NCBI GenBank assembly: GCA_963783575.1
Contig: CAWAOD010000009.1
Span: 444,153-508,152 of the forward strand
Origin: an uncultured Spirochaetota bacterium
GTDB taxonomy: Bacteria; Spirochaetota; Brevinematia; Brevinematales; JAOACQ01
Direction: 5' to 3'
DNA: 64,000 nt
Each line of letters opens with the position of its first letter. The stretch's first letter is position 1. Positions 28,980 to 38,721 of the stretch are shown here, piece by piece. Position numbers and translations under genes: made by a program. The notes beneath the pieces are model-generated. The model was not told the origin of the DNA and searched no databases. It saw only the letters and a list, made by a program, of their open reading frames with translations.

Positions 28980-30061
28980 TCAACAGCCCCAATTCCTTCT
29001 CCAATTTTCCCGGCTATGCCTCCAGATGCCGTTGAGCCTCCGAATGTCGCCGGAATAGCTCCTTCTGCAAGTTTTTTCCGGACCTGCTCGTCAATCTTTT
29101 TTAAAAACGGCTGTTTGTCTTCTACTTCTTTGATTAGGTTATCTCTTCCCTGGGAAATCCTGTCCTCACCGTAAAAATACCATGTGCCTTTCCTCTGGAT
29201 CACACCGCATTCTATGGCCGCATCAATCAGGCATCCGACCTTCGAAATGCCTTTCCCGAAAATAATATCAAATTCCGCCTGTTTGAAAGGAGCGGCCATT
29301 TTATTTTTAACAACTTTTGCCCTGACCCTGTTTCCATAATTATCCTCGCCTTTTTTAAGGGCTTCAACCTTTCTGATTTCTATTCTTATGGAAGAATAAA
29401 ATTTTAATGCCATACCGCCTGTTGTAGTTTCGGGATTTCCATACACCACGCCGATCTTCATCCTTATCTGGTTAATAAAAATCACAGATGTTTTGGTTTT
29501 GCTGATAATAGCAGTGAGCTTTCTTAAAGCCTGAGACATCAGCCTTGCCTGCATGCCCATAACGGAATCACCCATATTTCCATCAATCTCCGATTTTGGG
29601 ACAAGAGCTGCAACCGAATCAATAACAATCAAATCCACGGCACCGCTTCTTACAAGGCTCTCAACAATCTCAAGGGCCTGTTCGCCTGTGTCCGGCTGAG
29701 AAATAAGAAGATTCTTGACATCAATCCCAATATTTTCTGCATAAACCGGATCTAGGGCATGCTCAGCATCGATAAAAGCACAAACCCCGCCTTTTTTTTG
29801 GGCCTCGGCGATGATACTCAAAGTAAGGGTTGTTTTACCGGAAGACTCTGGTCCATAAATCTCAGTTACACGGCCGTAAGGTATGCCTCCGATTCCAAGA
29901 GCCAGATCAAGGGTTAATGCCCCTGTCGATATTACCGGAATATCACTAACTGCAGGCTTATCCCCGAGTTTCATAATCGATCCCTTGCCATATTCCTTTT
30001 CAATTTGCGCAATCGCGACCTGTAAAGCCTTTTCCTTTTCCTTATCCGCTAAATCTGCCAT
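28976..30061 (-). CDS. recA: recombinase RecA
   Basis: [17 protein letters not shown] (Walker A), [48 protein letters not shown]. Start set at [13 protein letters not shown]. Confidence 0.93.
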   Translation of the reverse strand: MADLADKEKEKALQVAIAQIEKEYGKGSIMKLGDKPAVSDIPVISTGALTLDLALGIGGIPYGRVTEIYGPESSGKTTLTLSIIAEAQKKGGVCAFIDAEHALDPVYAENIGIDVKNLLISQPDTGEQALEIVESLVRSGAVDLIVIDSVAALVPKSEIDGNMGDSVMGMQARLMSQALRKLTAIISKTKTSVIFINQIRMKIGVVYGNPETTTGGMALKFYSSIRIEIRKVEALKKGEDNYGNRVRAKVVKNKMAAPFKQAEFDIIFGKGISKVGCLIDAAIECGVIQRKGTWYFYGEDRISQGRDNLIKEVEDKQPFLKKIDEQVRKKLAEGAIPATFGGSTASGGIAGKIGEGIGAVE

Positions 30062-30559
30062 AATCCCCGCCTTATTTTTAATTTTGTAATACATTGATAA
30101 TAAACGAAATCAGTTTTATATATAAAAAAATAAGCTTGAAGTTTTGTCTGTCCTTAATCCAAACTTCTAAATTGAATAATCATGAAATCATCAATGATTT
30201 TTATGATTACTCAACAAATATTATATAATATTTTACTATAAAGTGGAATAAAAAATAATGATTATGTTTTTATTTTTTAAATATTCCTTAACTGATTATT
30301 ATATTATAATATTTATAAAAAACGGTAGTTTATGATCTTTATAGTGATGAATAATTTTTGACAGGAACCGGTGCCGAATTAGTTCCGTTGAATAATTCAG
30401 AAAACCGGCGTCTTTTAACAAGCGTGCCGCTTGATCCAGGTCAATTCCTTGCAACTCGCTGCGGTTCCAGTAGAAAATGCTTTCAGTTTTTCTGACTTTA
30501 ATACCTCGAGGCTCTGCCTCGAGGATTCTTTATCTGACGCCGGTTTTTGGGGGAATATA

Positions 30560-31171
30560 TTAGAATTTTCCGAATTCAAATCTTACTCCAAAGTCAAAGC
30601 CGTAAAGATTGGAATCCGTGATACCGTTAAAACTTACCGGTCCGTAAATGTAATGATAACCGCTGAAAATTGCCACTCTCATCCATTTTATAATGTTGAT
30701 TTCTGCTCCAATTTCACCCTCAAGCGAGAAAAATGACATCATATTAATATTATGATTATCATGACTATAATAACTTCCGTTTGTAACTTCACTGGCGCCT
30801 CCTGCCCCGATGATCGTTTTAATATAGGGGTGAATAACATTTTCGGGAGCATATATATAACCCAGTAATAGACCTCCCCATCCCATATAAATACGGCTGT
30901 TATTAGTGGAGTTTAATGGAGTTACAACTCCTTTCCCTTCACCGCCGATAATAAACTGATGGTTAATAATCATTCCTCCTTCACCTCCGGAAATATAACA
31001 AACCTGGTTGTTCATATAAATACCCTGAAAAATGGGTCCTCCGTATCCGCCCAGAGATAAATCTTTATTGTCAAATAAGGTATTCGGTTCATACCTGCTG
31101 TTAAGATTATCTTCTGCGAAAATAAGAACCGCAAACATAACTAAAATTATAATTATGTATAGTCGTTTCAT
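30560..31171 (-). CDS. small exported beta-barrel-like protein (OmpW/OmpA-beta-barrel-like)
   Basis: Signal peptide MKRLYIIIILVMFAVLIFA, Gly/Tyr-rich alternating pattern, ends ...RFEFGKF. Confidence 0.45.
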   Translation of the reverse strand: MKRLYIIIILVMFAVLIFAEDNLNSRYEPNTLFDNKDLSLGGYGGPIFQGIYMNNQVCYISGGEGGMIINHQFIIGGEGKGVVTPLNSTNNSRIYMGWGGLLLGYIYAPENVIHPYIKTIIGAGGASEVTNGSYYSHDNHNINMMSFFSLEGEIGAEINIIKWMRVAIFSGYHYIYGPVSFNGITDSNLYGFDFGVRFEFGKF

Positions 31172-31522
31172 TTTCTTCCTCCAAAAATAAATTCTTTCTT
31201 ATTAAATATCGCAATTCTTATGCCACAATTAAGATCAATAATACCTTTGTTCAAAATAATTGCAGGATATTAAATGAATAAGGTAAAATAAAAATTTATA
31301 AATAATAATTATCCTTTATATTCTAATAGTCCAATTATCATTATAAATCCGGTTTGATATATCATTTTTGAAAATATGAAAAAATTCATTTATTTTGGAG
31401 AAGTAACTTTTTTTGACAAAAATCCATCATATTAATAAACTTAACAATGTTTGAAATAAAAAATTTCCAGCCTTTAATATTTCTAAATAATAATCGCAAT
31501 ATTTTAATTTCCGGGGGTAATT

Positions 31523-32513
31523 ATGGGAATGTTTGACGGAATGAAGAAACAGCTCAAATCTGTAATTCAGTGGGAAAACCCGAATCCTGATGCTCTTTTT
31601 TACCGCTGGTCCGATAACGGTGATGAAATTAAAAATGCTTCAAAGTTAATAGTTGGGCCGGGTCAGGGTTGTATTTTTGTTTATGAAGGCAGGGTAGAAG
31701 GTGTATACGTAAAACCTGGATTAGTTGAATTAAAAACCTCGAATATTCCGTTTATAACAACAATTATCAAATTCATGCAGGATTTTGTCAGCGAGCATAA
31801 AGTCGGCATCTATTTTTTCAGGACAACCCAGATTCTGGATCAGAAATGGGGCACACCCGCTACTATTAAATACGAAGACCCGAAATATAAATTCCCTGTA
31901 AGTCTTAGGGCTTTTGGCAATTATACTTTACGGATATCTGACGGTGGATTTTTCTTTGTTAATGTAACCGGCGCTTCCGAAGAATACAAAATTAGTCAGA
32001 TCCGCGAACCGATAAATTCAAGGCTGGTCCAGCCGTTAACAGAATACCTTGCATCTTCAAAATTTTCATATGCCGATATCGATTCAAACAGGGAAATAAT
32101 CGCCCATGACCTTTCCGCAAAATTTACTGATGAATTTAATAAACTGGGATTTGAATTATCGGATTTCAGGATTGAGGGGACAAGCTTCGATGAAGATACT
32201 ATGCGCAGGATTAACCGTATTGCTGACATGTCGGCTGAAGCGCAGGCTGCGGATAAAGCCGGTGTAAGTTTTGCCCAGCTTCAACAGCTCGAAGCGATGC
32301 GAGACGCAGCTAAAAATGAAGGTACAGCCGGATTCGGCATGGCAATGGGCGTCGGGATGGGCTTTGGCCAGTTAGCCGGCAATATAGCAATACAGCAGCC
32401 GGCAGAGGATCCGGCGGTAAAGCTTAAAAAACTTAAAGGCCTGCTTGACCAGGGGGCTCATCAACAATCAGGAATATGAAGCAAAGAAAAAGGAAATATT
32501 ATCTCAAATATAA
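31523..32513 (+). CDS. SPFH/Band7_1-family (YdjI-like) protein with C-terminal SHOCT domain. The 3' end needs a one-base correction at the G5 run 32452-32456.
   Basis: N-terminal FDGMKKQLKSVIQWENPNPDALFYRWSDNGDEIKNASKLIVGPGQGCIFVYEG and the internal DQKWGT, RAFGNYTLRI and GMGFGQ blocks match the Band_7_1 (B. subtilis YdjI) family. After removing one G, the tail reads KLKKLKGLLDQGLINNQEYEAKKKEILSQI, a canonical SHOCT motif, with the stop at 32513. Confidence 0.65.
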
Positions 32514-32519
32514 ATAATT

Positions 32520-34385
32520 ATGGGGGGTATCATGCACCGTAATCTTAGAAAATTTATTGCAATACTTTCTTTTATTTTTCTTATAGCAGTCTCTCCGCTT
32601 TTTCCCAGGGCCGGAGGATCAGGAGGCGGGCACGGCCATTTCAGCGGAGGACATAGTCATAGTGGGGGCGGACATTTCGGCAGTTTCGGATCGCATACCG
32701 GGTCATTTTCCGGAGGTAGAAACAGCGGACCATTAGAATTTAATGCAGTGTCTATTATTTTTATGTTATTTTTTTTCGGAATACCGCTTTTTGTTATTAT
32801 TATGATATTAATCGTCGCATTTAAACCTAAAAAAACCGGATTTAAATCAATATCAGCAGTTATGCCCGAAAAACTTGAAGATGTTCCCGGATACAATGAA
32901 TTTATCGAAAGCAATCCCGATTTTAATGCCGAAGAATTTCAAAAAAAGGTCAAATCGGCTTTTGTTGAAATTCAGGAAGCTTGGAGTAAAGGGAACATAG
33001 GCGCTTCCCGCAGATTTATGACGGATGGAGTCTATCAGCGGTTTTCCAGCCAGCTTCAAATGATGGGGCTTTTAAAACAGAAAGACATTATTACTGATAT
33101 AGACGTTTCCAGTGTCAATATTATCTGCGCTGAAATTGACGGTCAATATGATATAATTCATACAATGATAGAAGCTGAAATGGATGACCAGTTTGTGAGT
33201 GAAACAGACCACTCACTTGATTCTCCCGGAGATACCGATGATTTTACAGAAGTCTGGTCTTTTATAAGAAAGCGCGGTAAAGGCGGGAAGGATATTTTTT
33301 CAAGTAATAATTGTCCTCAATGTTCCGCACCGCTGCCCGAAAACCTAGGCGACGCCGGGCAATGCCCATACTGCAAAACTTTTATCAATAATGCCGAATA
33401 TGACTGGGTCCTATCGGAAATATCCCAAACAGACGATTACCATCTAAGTGCAGGAAAGTCTGACAAATCAGAGGGTCTTTTTGATTCTGCTTACGAGATG
33501 CATAAAGATAATCCTGATTTCTGCATTCAATTACTTGAGGATAAAGTTTCCAACGGCTATCTGCAGATACAGACCGCAATGGCGTTTCATGACCCTCAGT
33601 GGTTCCGCAGGTTTGTTTCCGATGAATTATTTGAAAAGCTTAAAGTCCGTCTACCCTCGGAAAATATAGTATATAACCGCCTCTACCTTAATGATGTCTC
33701 GCTAATGGCAATCAGGCAAACTGAAAACACGAACATTATGTATGTCGGTGTAAAGTCAACTTTTCAGAGGGTGATTCTTGAAAACGGCATGGCTAGGCTG
33801 AAGGACCATGTTTTAATGACTGATTTTGAGGTTGTCCGGATTGAACGCGGCCGTTTGGCAGGAATTTCAAAGGGTTCTGTATATGCACACCTCTGTCCTG
33901 GCTGCGGAGCCCCAGTTTCCGATTCACTGGAGTTAAAATGCGCCTATTGCGGAACATTATTGAACAGCTCAGTTCATGAATGGATCATTACGGATATTCT
34001 GGCCAGGGAAGATTATGATTCCCATATCAAGGATGTTCAACCGCAAATCGGCGCAAAAATTCCATCCGGCCTTGATGATTCCCTGTATGAAGTAAGGGAT
34101 TACGCCTTCAATAATATGATGGTTATCTTCGGCGCAGACGGGATTTTTGCCGATGAAGAAAAAGCCATGGCCGAGGGGTTGGCAAAAAAATGGGGCTATA
34201 AAAAAGAATTTATTGCCAGGATTGTTGAAGCCGCAATGTCAGGAAGGCTGTCGATCAGGATGCCCTCTGATAAAATAAAGACAAGAAAGATTCTTGAATT
34301 GATGAATAAAGCCGCTATGGCTGATGGAAAAATCGACCCCGCTGAAAAGCAGATTCTTGATCAGATTACAAAGCAATATTTATAG
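32520..34385 (+). CDS. membrane protein: Gly/His-rich N-terminus + TM + [Tim44-like domain + zinc ribbon] x2 + C-terminal TerB-like domain
   Basis: GGSGGGHGHFSGGHSHSGGGHFGSFGSH, then a TM helix. Two CPxC...CxYC zinc ribbons (CPQCSAPL...CPYCKT and CPGCGAPV...CAYCGT), each preceded by about 120 aa resembling bacterial Tim44-like domains. C-terminal ADGIFADEEKAMAEGL...ADGKIDPAEKQILDQI is TerB-like. Confidence 0.55.
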   Translation: MGGIMHRNLRKFIAILSFIFLIAVSPLFPRAGGSGGGHGHFSGGHSHSGGGHFGSFGSHTGSFSGGRNSGPLEFNAVSIIFMLFFFGIPLFVIIMILIVAFKPKKTGFKSISAVMPEKLEDVPGYNEFIESNPDFNAEEFQKKVKSAFVEIQEAWSKGNIGASRRFMTDGVYQRFSSQLQMMGLLKQKDIITDIDVSSVNIICAEIDGQYDIIHTMIEAEMDDQFVSETDHSLDSPGDTDDFTEVWSFIRKRGKGGKDIFSSNNCPQCSAPLPENLGDAGQCPYCKTFINNAEYDWVLSEISQTDDYHLSAGKSDKSEGLFDSAYEMHKDNPDFCIQLLEDKVSNGYLQIQTAMAFHDPQWFRRFVSDELFEKLKVRLPSENIVYNRLYLNDVSLMAIRQTENTNIMYVGVKSTFQRVILENGMARLKDHVLMTDFEVVRIERGRLAGISKGSVYAHLCPGCGAPVSDSLELKCAYCGTLLNSSVHEWIITDILAREDYDSHIKDVQPQIGAKIPSGLDDSLYEVRDYAFNNMMVIFGADGIFADEEKAMAEGLAKKWGYKKEFIARIVEAAMSGRLSIRMPSDKIKTRKILELMNKAAMADGKIDPAEKQILDQITKQYL

Positions 34386-34496
34386 GCCGATTCGGACGGC
34401 AAAAAAAATAGAATATAAAGCAGGCTTTATTGTTTACCTTAATATGATCAGGATGTTAATGGATATTTTATATTATAAATATGAGTGGATTCTTGT

Positions 34497-36380
34497 ATGA
34501 ATAGAGTTGTTTTCCTGTCATTCATTTTTCTCTTATCTCCATTTTTTTCTTTTATCTCAGCAAGCAATTCAATAATTATTCATGATTATGAAAAACGGAC
34601 TGATTTTAGCGGAGTATATTCGGTATTAATACAAAAAGGCGATAATCCAGGCTATAAGGAAACGGATTATGATGATTCCGGATGGAATATTGTCTCATTA
34701 CCTTCCAGCTGGAATGTTTATCCTTTTCATCATTATAGCGGTATCTGCTGGTACAGGATTCGCATTAAATTTCCGGATAGTCTGCCCGGAAGAGCATTGG
34801 GTATAAATCTGGGCGAGATATATGACGCCGATGAGACTTATTTTAACGGAACCCTGATTGGCAGCTGCGGAAGTGTTACAAATTCATCCGGACATGCTTA
34901 TGATAAGTACAGGATTTATGAAATACCGACAGAATTGATTAAACCCGGTAAGAATAATGTTGTTGCAGTAAGGGTAAGAAACTATTTTCCTGAAGAAAGC
35001 GGAATGATTGACGGCCAGTATTTTATCGAAAGGTATGACAAACTTCTTATCAATCATTATTCAATAGATTATATAAAACTTTTCTTTGTAATTTCTTTTA
35101 TCTTAATCGGTGCAAATTATTTTCTAAATTATTCAAGAAAAAGGAAATGGAATGAATATCATGTCTTCAGTTTATTTTGTTTTATGGTTTCTGTTTATTT
35201 TTTCCTTCAAACCGATATAAAATATTTTCTTTTTGATAATTTTCTTATATTGAAAAAAATTGAATATCTTGATCTGATAGCATTAATGCCAATCTTTCTC
35301 TACTTTTTTATGTTATATTTCAATCAAAAAACCGGTATAGTCCAGTATTTTTTTTATGCATCTTCGGCTGTATGTTTTATTATTGTCCTAATCACAGGAG
35401 AACCCGTTGTCTGGAATTTCATAAACATTAATTATTTCCAATACACATGGCTTATCGGAATTGTGACCATATTTATAATATTGATTAAGGAGTTTCACAA
35501 ATCCGCGGCTAAACTTATTTTCTTTTCATTTATTGTGATGATATTTTCCTTGATATATGATGTTCTTCATTTAAGGAATATTCTCGAACTGCCGGCATTG
35601 ATACCATTTGGGATGCTTACCGCATATGGATTTCTAGTTTTTATTATCTGTATAGCATTTATTCTATCAAATGATTTCATTCAACTATTAAAAGAAGTTG
35701 AAATCAAGTCTTTCGATCTGCAGATAGCTTTAAAAGAAAGAGATCAGGCCTTCGAACAAATAGATTTTGCTTATGTTGAAGCTTTACAAAGGCTCGCTGT
35801 TATGGCGGAACTGAGAGATACCGAAACAAGCGGTCATATTAAAAGGGTAAGCCTTTATGTAAAACTATTGGCGGAAAAATTAGAACTGGATAAGAATTTT
35901 ATAGAATATGTCACATATGCTTCACCTCTTCATGATGCCGGGAAAGTAGGAATCCCAGACAGCATTCTTTTTAAGAACGGGCCTCTGAACTCCAGTGAAT
36001 GGCAGATAATGAAAACTCACACAACTATTGGCGGAAAAATTTTTGAGGGCGCTCAATCCGCAGTATTGAAATTCGCCAGGGAAATCGCTTTAAGCCACCA
36101 TGAAAAATGGAACGGCGGCGGATATCCTTATGGATTGAAGCAATTCAATATACCGCTTTCGGGCCGGCTGATGGCAATGGCCGATGTTTATGACGCTTTG
36201 CGAAGCAGGAGGCCTTATAAACAAGATATACCGCATAACAAAGCGATTGATATCATTACAAACGGAGATAACCGGGTTAAACCGGAGGATTTCGATCCGA
36301 AAATTCTGGAAATATTTATAAAATATTCCAATGTTTTTGAAGAGATTTATGAAAAACACACCGATTTAATAAATAATTGA
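34497..36380 (+). CDS. 7TM receptor with extracellular 7TMR-DISMED2-like domain and cytoplasmic HD-GYP phosphodiesterase
   Basis: Signal peptide, about 170-aa extracytoplasmic beta-rich domain, 7 hydrophobic helices, then HDAGKVGIPDSIL, HHEKWNGGGYPYGL and ADVYDALRSRRPYK. Confidence 0.8.
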   Translation: MNRVVFLSFIFLLSPFFSFISASNSIIIHDYEKRTDFSGVYSVLIQKGDNPGYKETDYDDSGWNIVSLPSSWNVYPFHHYSGICWYRIRIKFPDSLPGRALGINLGEIYDADETYFNGTLIGSCGSVTNSSGHAYDKYRIYEIPTELIKPGKNNVVAVRVRNYFPEESGMIDGQYFIERYDKLLINHYSIDYIKLFFVISFILIGANYFLNYSRKRKWNEYHVFSLFCFMVSVYFFLQTDIKYFLFDNFLILKKIEYLDLIALMPIFLYFFMLYFNQKTGIVQYFFYASSAVCFIIVLITGEPVVWNFININYFQYTWLIGIVTIFIILIKEFHKSAAKLIFFSFIVMIFSLIYDVLHLRNILELPALIPFGMLTAYGFLVFIICIAFILSNDFIQLLKEVEIKSFDLQIALKERDQAFEQIDFAYVEALQRLAVMAELRDTETSGHIKRVSLYVKLLAEKLELDKNFIEYVTYASPLHDAGKVGIPDSILFKNGPLNSSEWQIMKTHTTIGGKIFEGAQSAVLKFAREIALSHHEKWNGGGYPYGLKQFNIPLSGRLMAMADVYDALRSRRPYKQDIPHNKAIDIITNGDNRVKPEDFDPKILEIFIKYSNVFEEIYEKHTDLINN

Positions 36381-36440
36381 CTATTAAACAGATAAATTGT
36401 AGAATAGAATACCGATTGAAGCTTTTGTTTCAATAAATAC

Positions 36441-36512
36441 GGGGATGTAGCTCAGCGGGAGAGCATTGCATTCGCATTGCAGGGGTCGGGGGTTCAAATC
36501 CCCTCATCTCCA
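36441..36512 (+). tRNA. tRNA-Ala (anticodon CGC)
   Basis: Acceptor ggggatg/catctcc with the G3:U70 Ala identity pair, anticodon loop uuCGCau, T-loop ttcaaat. Confidence 0.8.
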
Positions 36513-37042
36513 GATAAAATTAAATTATTATCCGGATATTTTTCAGTGTAATCCAGAACTTTTTCACAGAGCCTTTTTTGAGTATCAAGCGGATTTTCAA
36601 TAATCACTTTTGCACCGCCTATAAGGTCAATAATTCCAAGTTCATTTGGAAAGCGCGGGATTATGTGCTGGTGAATATGCTCTATTGATGCGCCGGAAAT
36701 TCTGCCGACATTATAACCGATATTATATCCGAAAGGCTGATATAAATCATCTATAAAATTCATGAAAAGTTTTGTTAAAAAAAGTATTTCTTTCTCTTCG
36801 TCATCGTTCATTTCCCTTATGTCTTCAAGATGCCTTTTCGGAAACATAATTATATGCCCGCTATTATATGGATACAAATTCACAGAGATGAATATATTAG
36901 AAGTTTCGGCGATTTTCAGTGAAATAACACGGTTATCCTTTTTGACAATCGAGCAAAGAATACAATCAACATCGGGCTTTTTCCCATGAATATAATCTTT
37001 TTTACCCGCCGGAAAAACGTATGAATCAAATTTCATACTCAT
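36494..37042 (-). CDS. HIT-family hydrolase
   Basis: Histidine triad EHIHQHIIPR near the C-terminus. 182 aa. The 3' end overlaps tRNA-Ala on the opposite strand by about 19 nt. Confidence 0.7.
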   Translation of the reverse strand: MSMKFDSYVFPAGKKDYIHGKKPDVDCILCSIVKKDNRVISLKIAETSNIFISVNLYPYNSGHIIMFPKRHLEDIREMNDDEEKEILFLTKLFMNFIDDLYQPFGYNIGYNVGRISGASIEHIHQHIIPRFPNELGIIDLIGGAKVIIENPLDTQKRLCEKVLDYTEKYPDNNLILSGDEGI

Positions 37043-37076
37043 ACCTCAATTAATATTACGTCCCGCAAAATTTTTT

Positions 37077-38709
37077 TTAAAACAAACCGCTGATGTTGCC
37101 GCTATCATCGATATCAATGTTCATAGCTGCCGGAGTTTTAGGTAATCCGGGCATAGTCATTATTTTTCCCGTCTGAATAACTACAAATCCAGCCCCGGCT
37201 GATACGCGGGCACTGCTTACATTGATTCTGAAGCCCTTCGGACGGCCGGTAAGTTTGGGATTATCCGATAAAGAAGACTGAGTTTTTGCCATACAGACCG
37301 GGAGATTGCCGTAACCCAGGTTTTCGATCCTTTCAATCTGGTTCCTGGCTTCGGATGAATATTCAACACCGTCAGCGCCGTAAATTTCACTGGCAATGGT
37401 TTCTATTTTCTGCCTGATACTTTGGTTTAATTCATATAAAAACTTAAAATCTTCTTTATTTGAAGAATTATCCGGGGATGTGATCGTGCATATCCTTTCA
37501 GCCAGCTCAAGGCCGCCTTCTCCGCCTTTTTCACGGAAATCGGTGATCATCGCTTCAACACCGGCATCTTCACATTTTGATAGAATGTTTTTCAGTTCAT
37601 CCAGGTTGTCGTCCTCGAATTTATTGATTGAAATTACAACAGGGATATTGAATTTTCGAATGTTTTCGACATGCTTGAGGATATTTTCCATCCCATGGAG
37701 TACATCAGCCCTTCTAGTAACAACCAGTACGGCGGCGGCCGGATGAAGATTCCCCAACCTGCATTTAATATCAAAAAATTTCTCAGCTCCAAGATCGGCA
37801 CCGAATCCGGCTTCTGTTACCGTATAGTCCGACAGCTTCATAGCCATTCTTGTCGCTATTATGGTGTTACAGCCATGCGCAATATTGGCAAAAGGCCCGC
37901 CGTGGACAAAGACAGGTGTTCCTTCAATCGTCTGGACAAGATTAGGGTGTACCGCATTTTTTAACAGGGCGGCCATGGCCCCCTGTACGCCAAGATCGCC
38001 GGTAAAAACCGGTTTTTTTAAATAATCGTAGCCTACAATGATCTTCCCAATCTTTTCCTTCAGTTCTTTCAGATTATTGGAAAGGCAGAGAATTGCCATG
38101 ATTTCTGATGATGCGGTAATATCAAATCCGTCCTCCCTCATTACGCCATTCTGGCCTCGTTCGTCAAGACCGACCAGGATGCTTCGGAGAGACCTGTCGT
38201 TCATGTCTATGGCCCGCCTCCAGATAACCTGCCGCGGATTCATTTCGGGAAGGTTTTTCTGGTGCAGATGGTTGTCTATTATTGATGAAAGAAGATTATG
38301 AGCTGTTGTTACGGCATGTAGATCGCCGGTAAAATGAAGATTAATTTCCTCCATCGGTAAAACCTGCGAATAACCTCCGCCGGCCGCGCCGCCTTTTACA
38401 CCCATGCATCGGGCCCAGTGAGGGTTCCCGTATGGCAATCATCGCTTTTTTGCCGATTTTAGACAGCGCCTGTCCAAGGCCTATGGTATTTGTGGTTTTG
38501 CCTTCTCCCATTGAAGTCGGTGTCATAGCAGTAACAAGTATTAATTTAGCATCCGGCTTATCGTAGTAACACTCAAGCATTGTGTTCGGAACTTTTGCTA
38601 TGTATTTCCCATAATGGATCAGGTCGTTTTCCATCAGTCCGAGCTGTTCTGCAATCTCACCGATAGGCCGCATTTTTGATTTTTGAGCAATCTCAATATC
38701 AGGTATCAT
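37077..38709 (-). CDS. fhs: formate--tetrahydrofolate ligase, split by a 1-nt frameshift at the GGGCCC site about 38409-38416
   Basis: The 122-aa ORF carries PTSMGEGKTTNTIGL and EPSLGP. The 453-aa ORF starts inside GVKGGAAGGGYSQVLPMEEINLHFTGDLHAV. Both are hallmark FTHFS blocks. Removing one base restores EPSLG-x-CMGVKGGAAGGGY with the correct spacing. Confidence 0.8.
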
Positions 38710-38721
38710 AATTTCCGCCCT

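Noticed and set aside
30399-30550. 6S RNA (ssrS) hypothesis for the hairpin cluster
   Set aside because: 6S RNA is a single long irregular hairpin with a central bubble. This element is a closing stem around three separate local hairpins, so the topology does not fit. It is kept only as a generic structured-RNA or terminator candidate.
30431-30736. 101-aa plus-strand ORF spanning the structured intergenic element and the 3' end of the OMP gene
   Set aside because: It overlaps a confidently called minus-strand gene and the GC-rich hairpin cluster. It has no RBS and no recognisable protein features.
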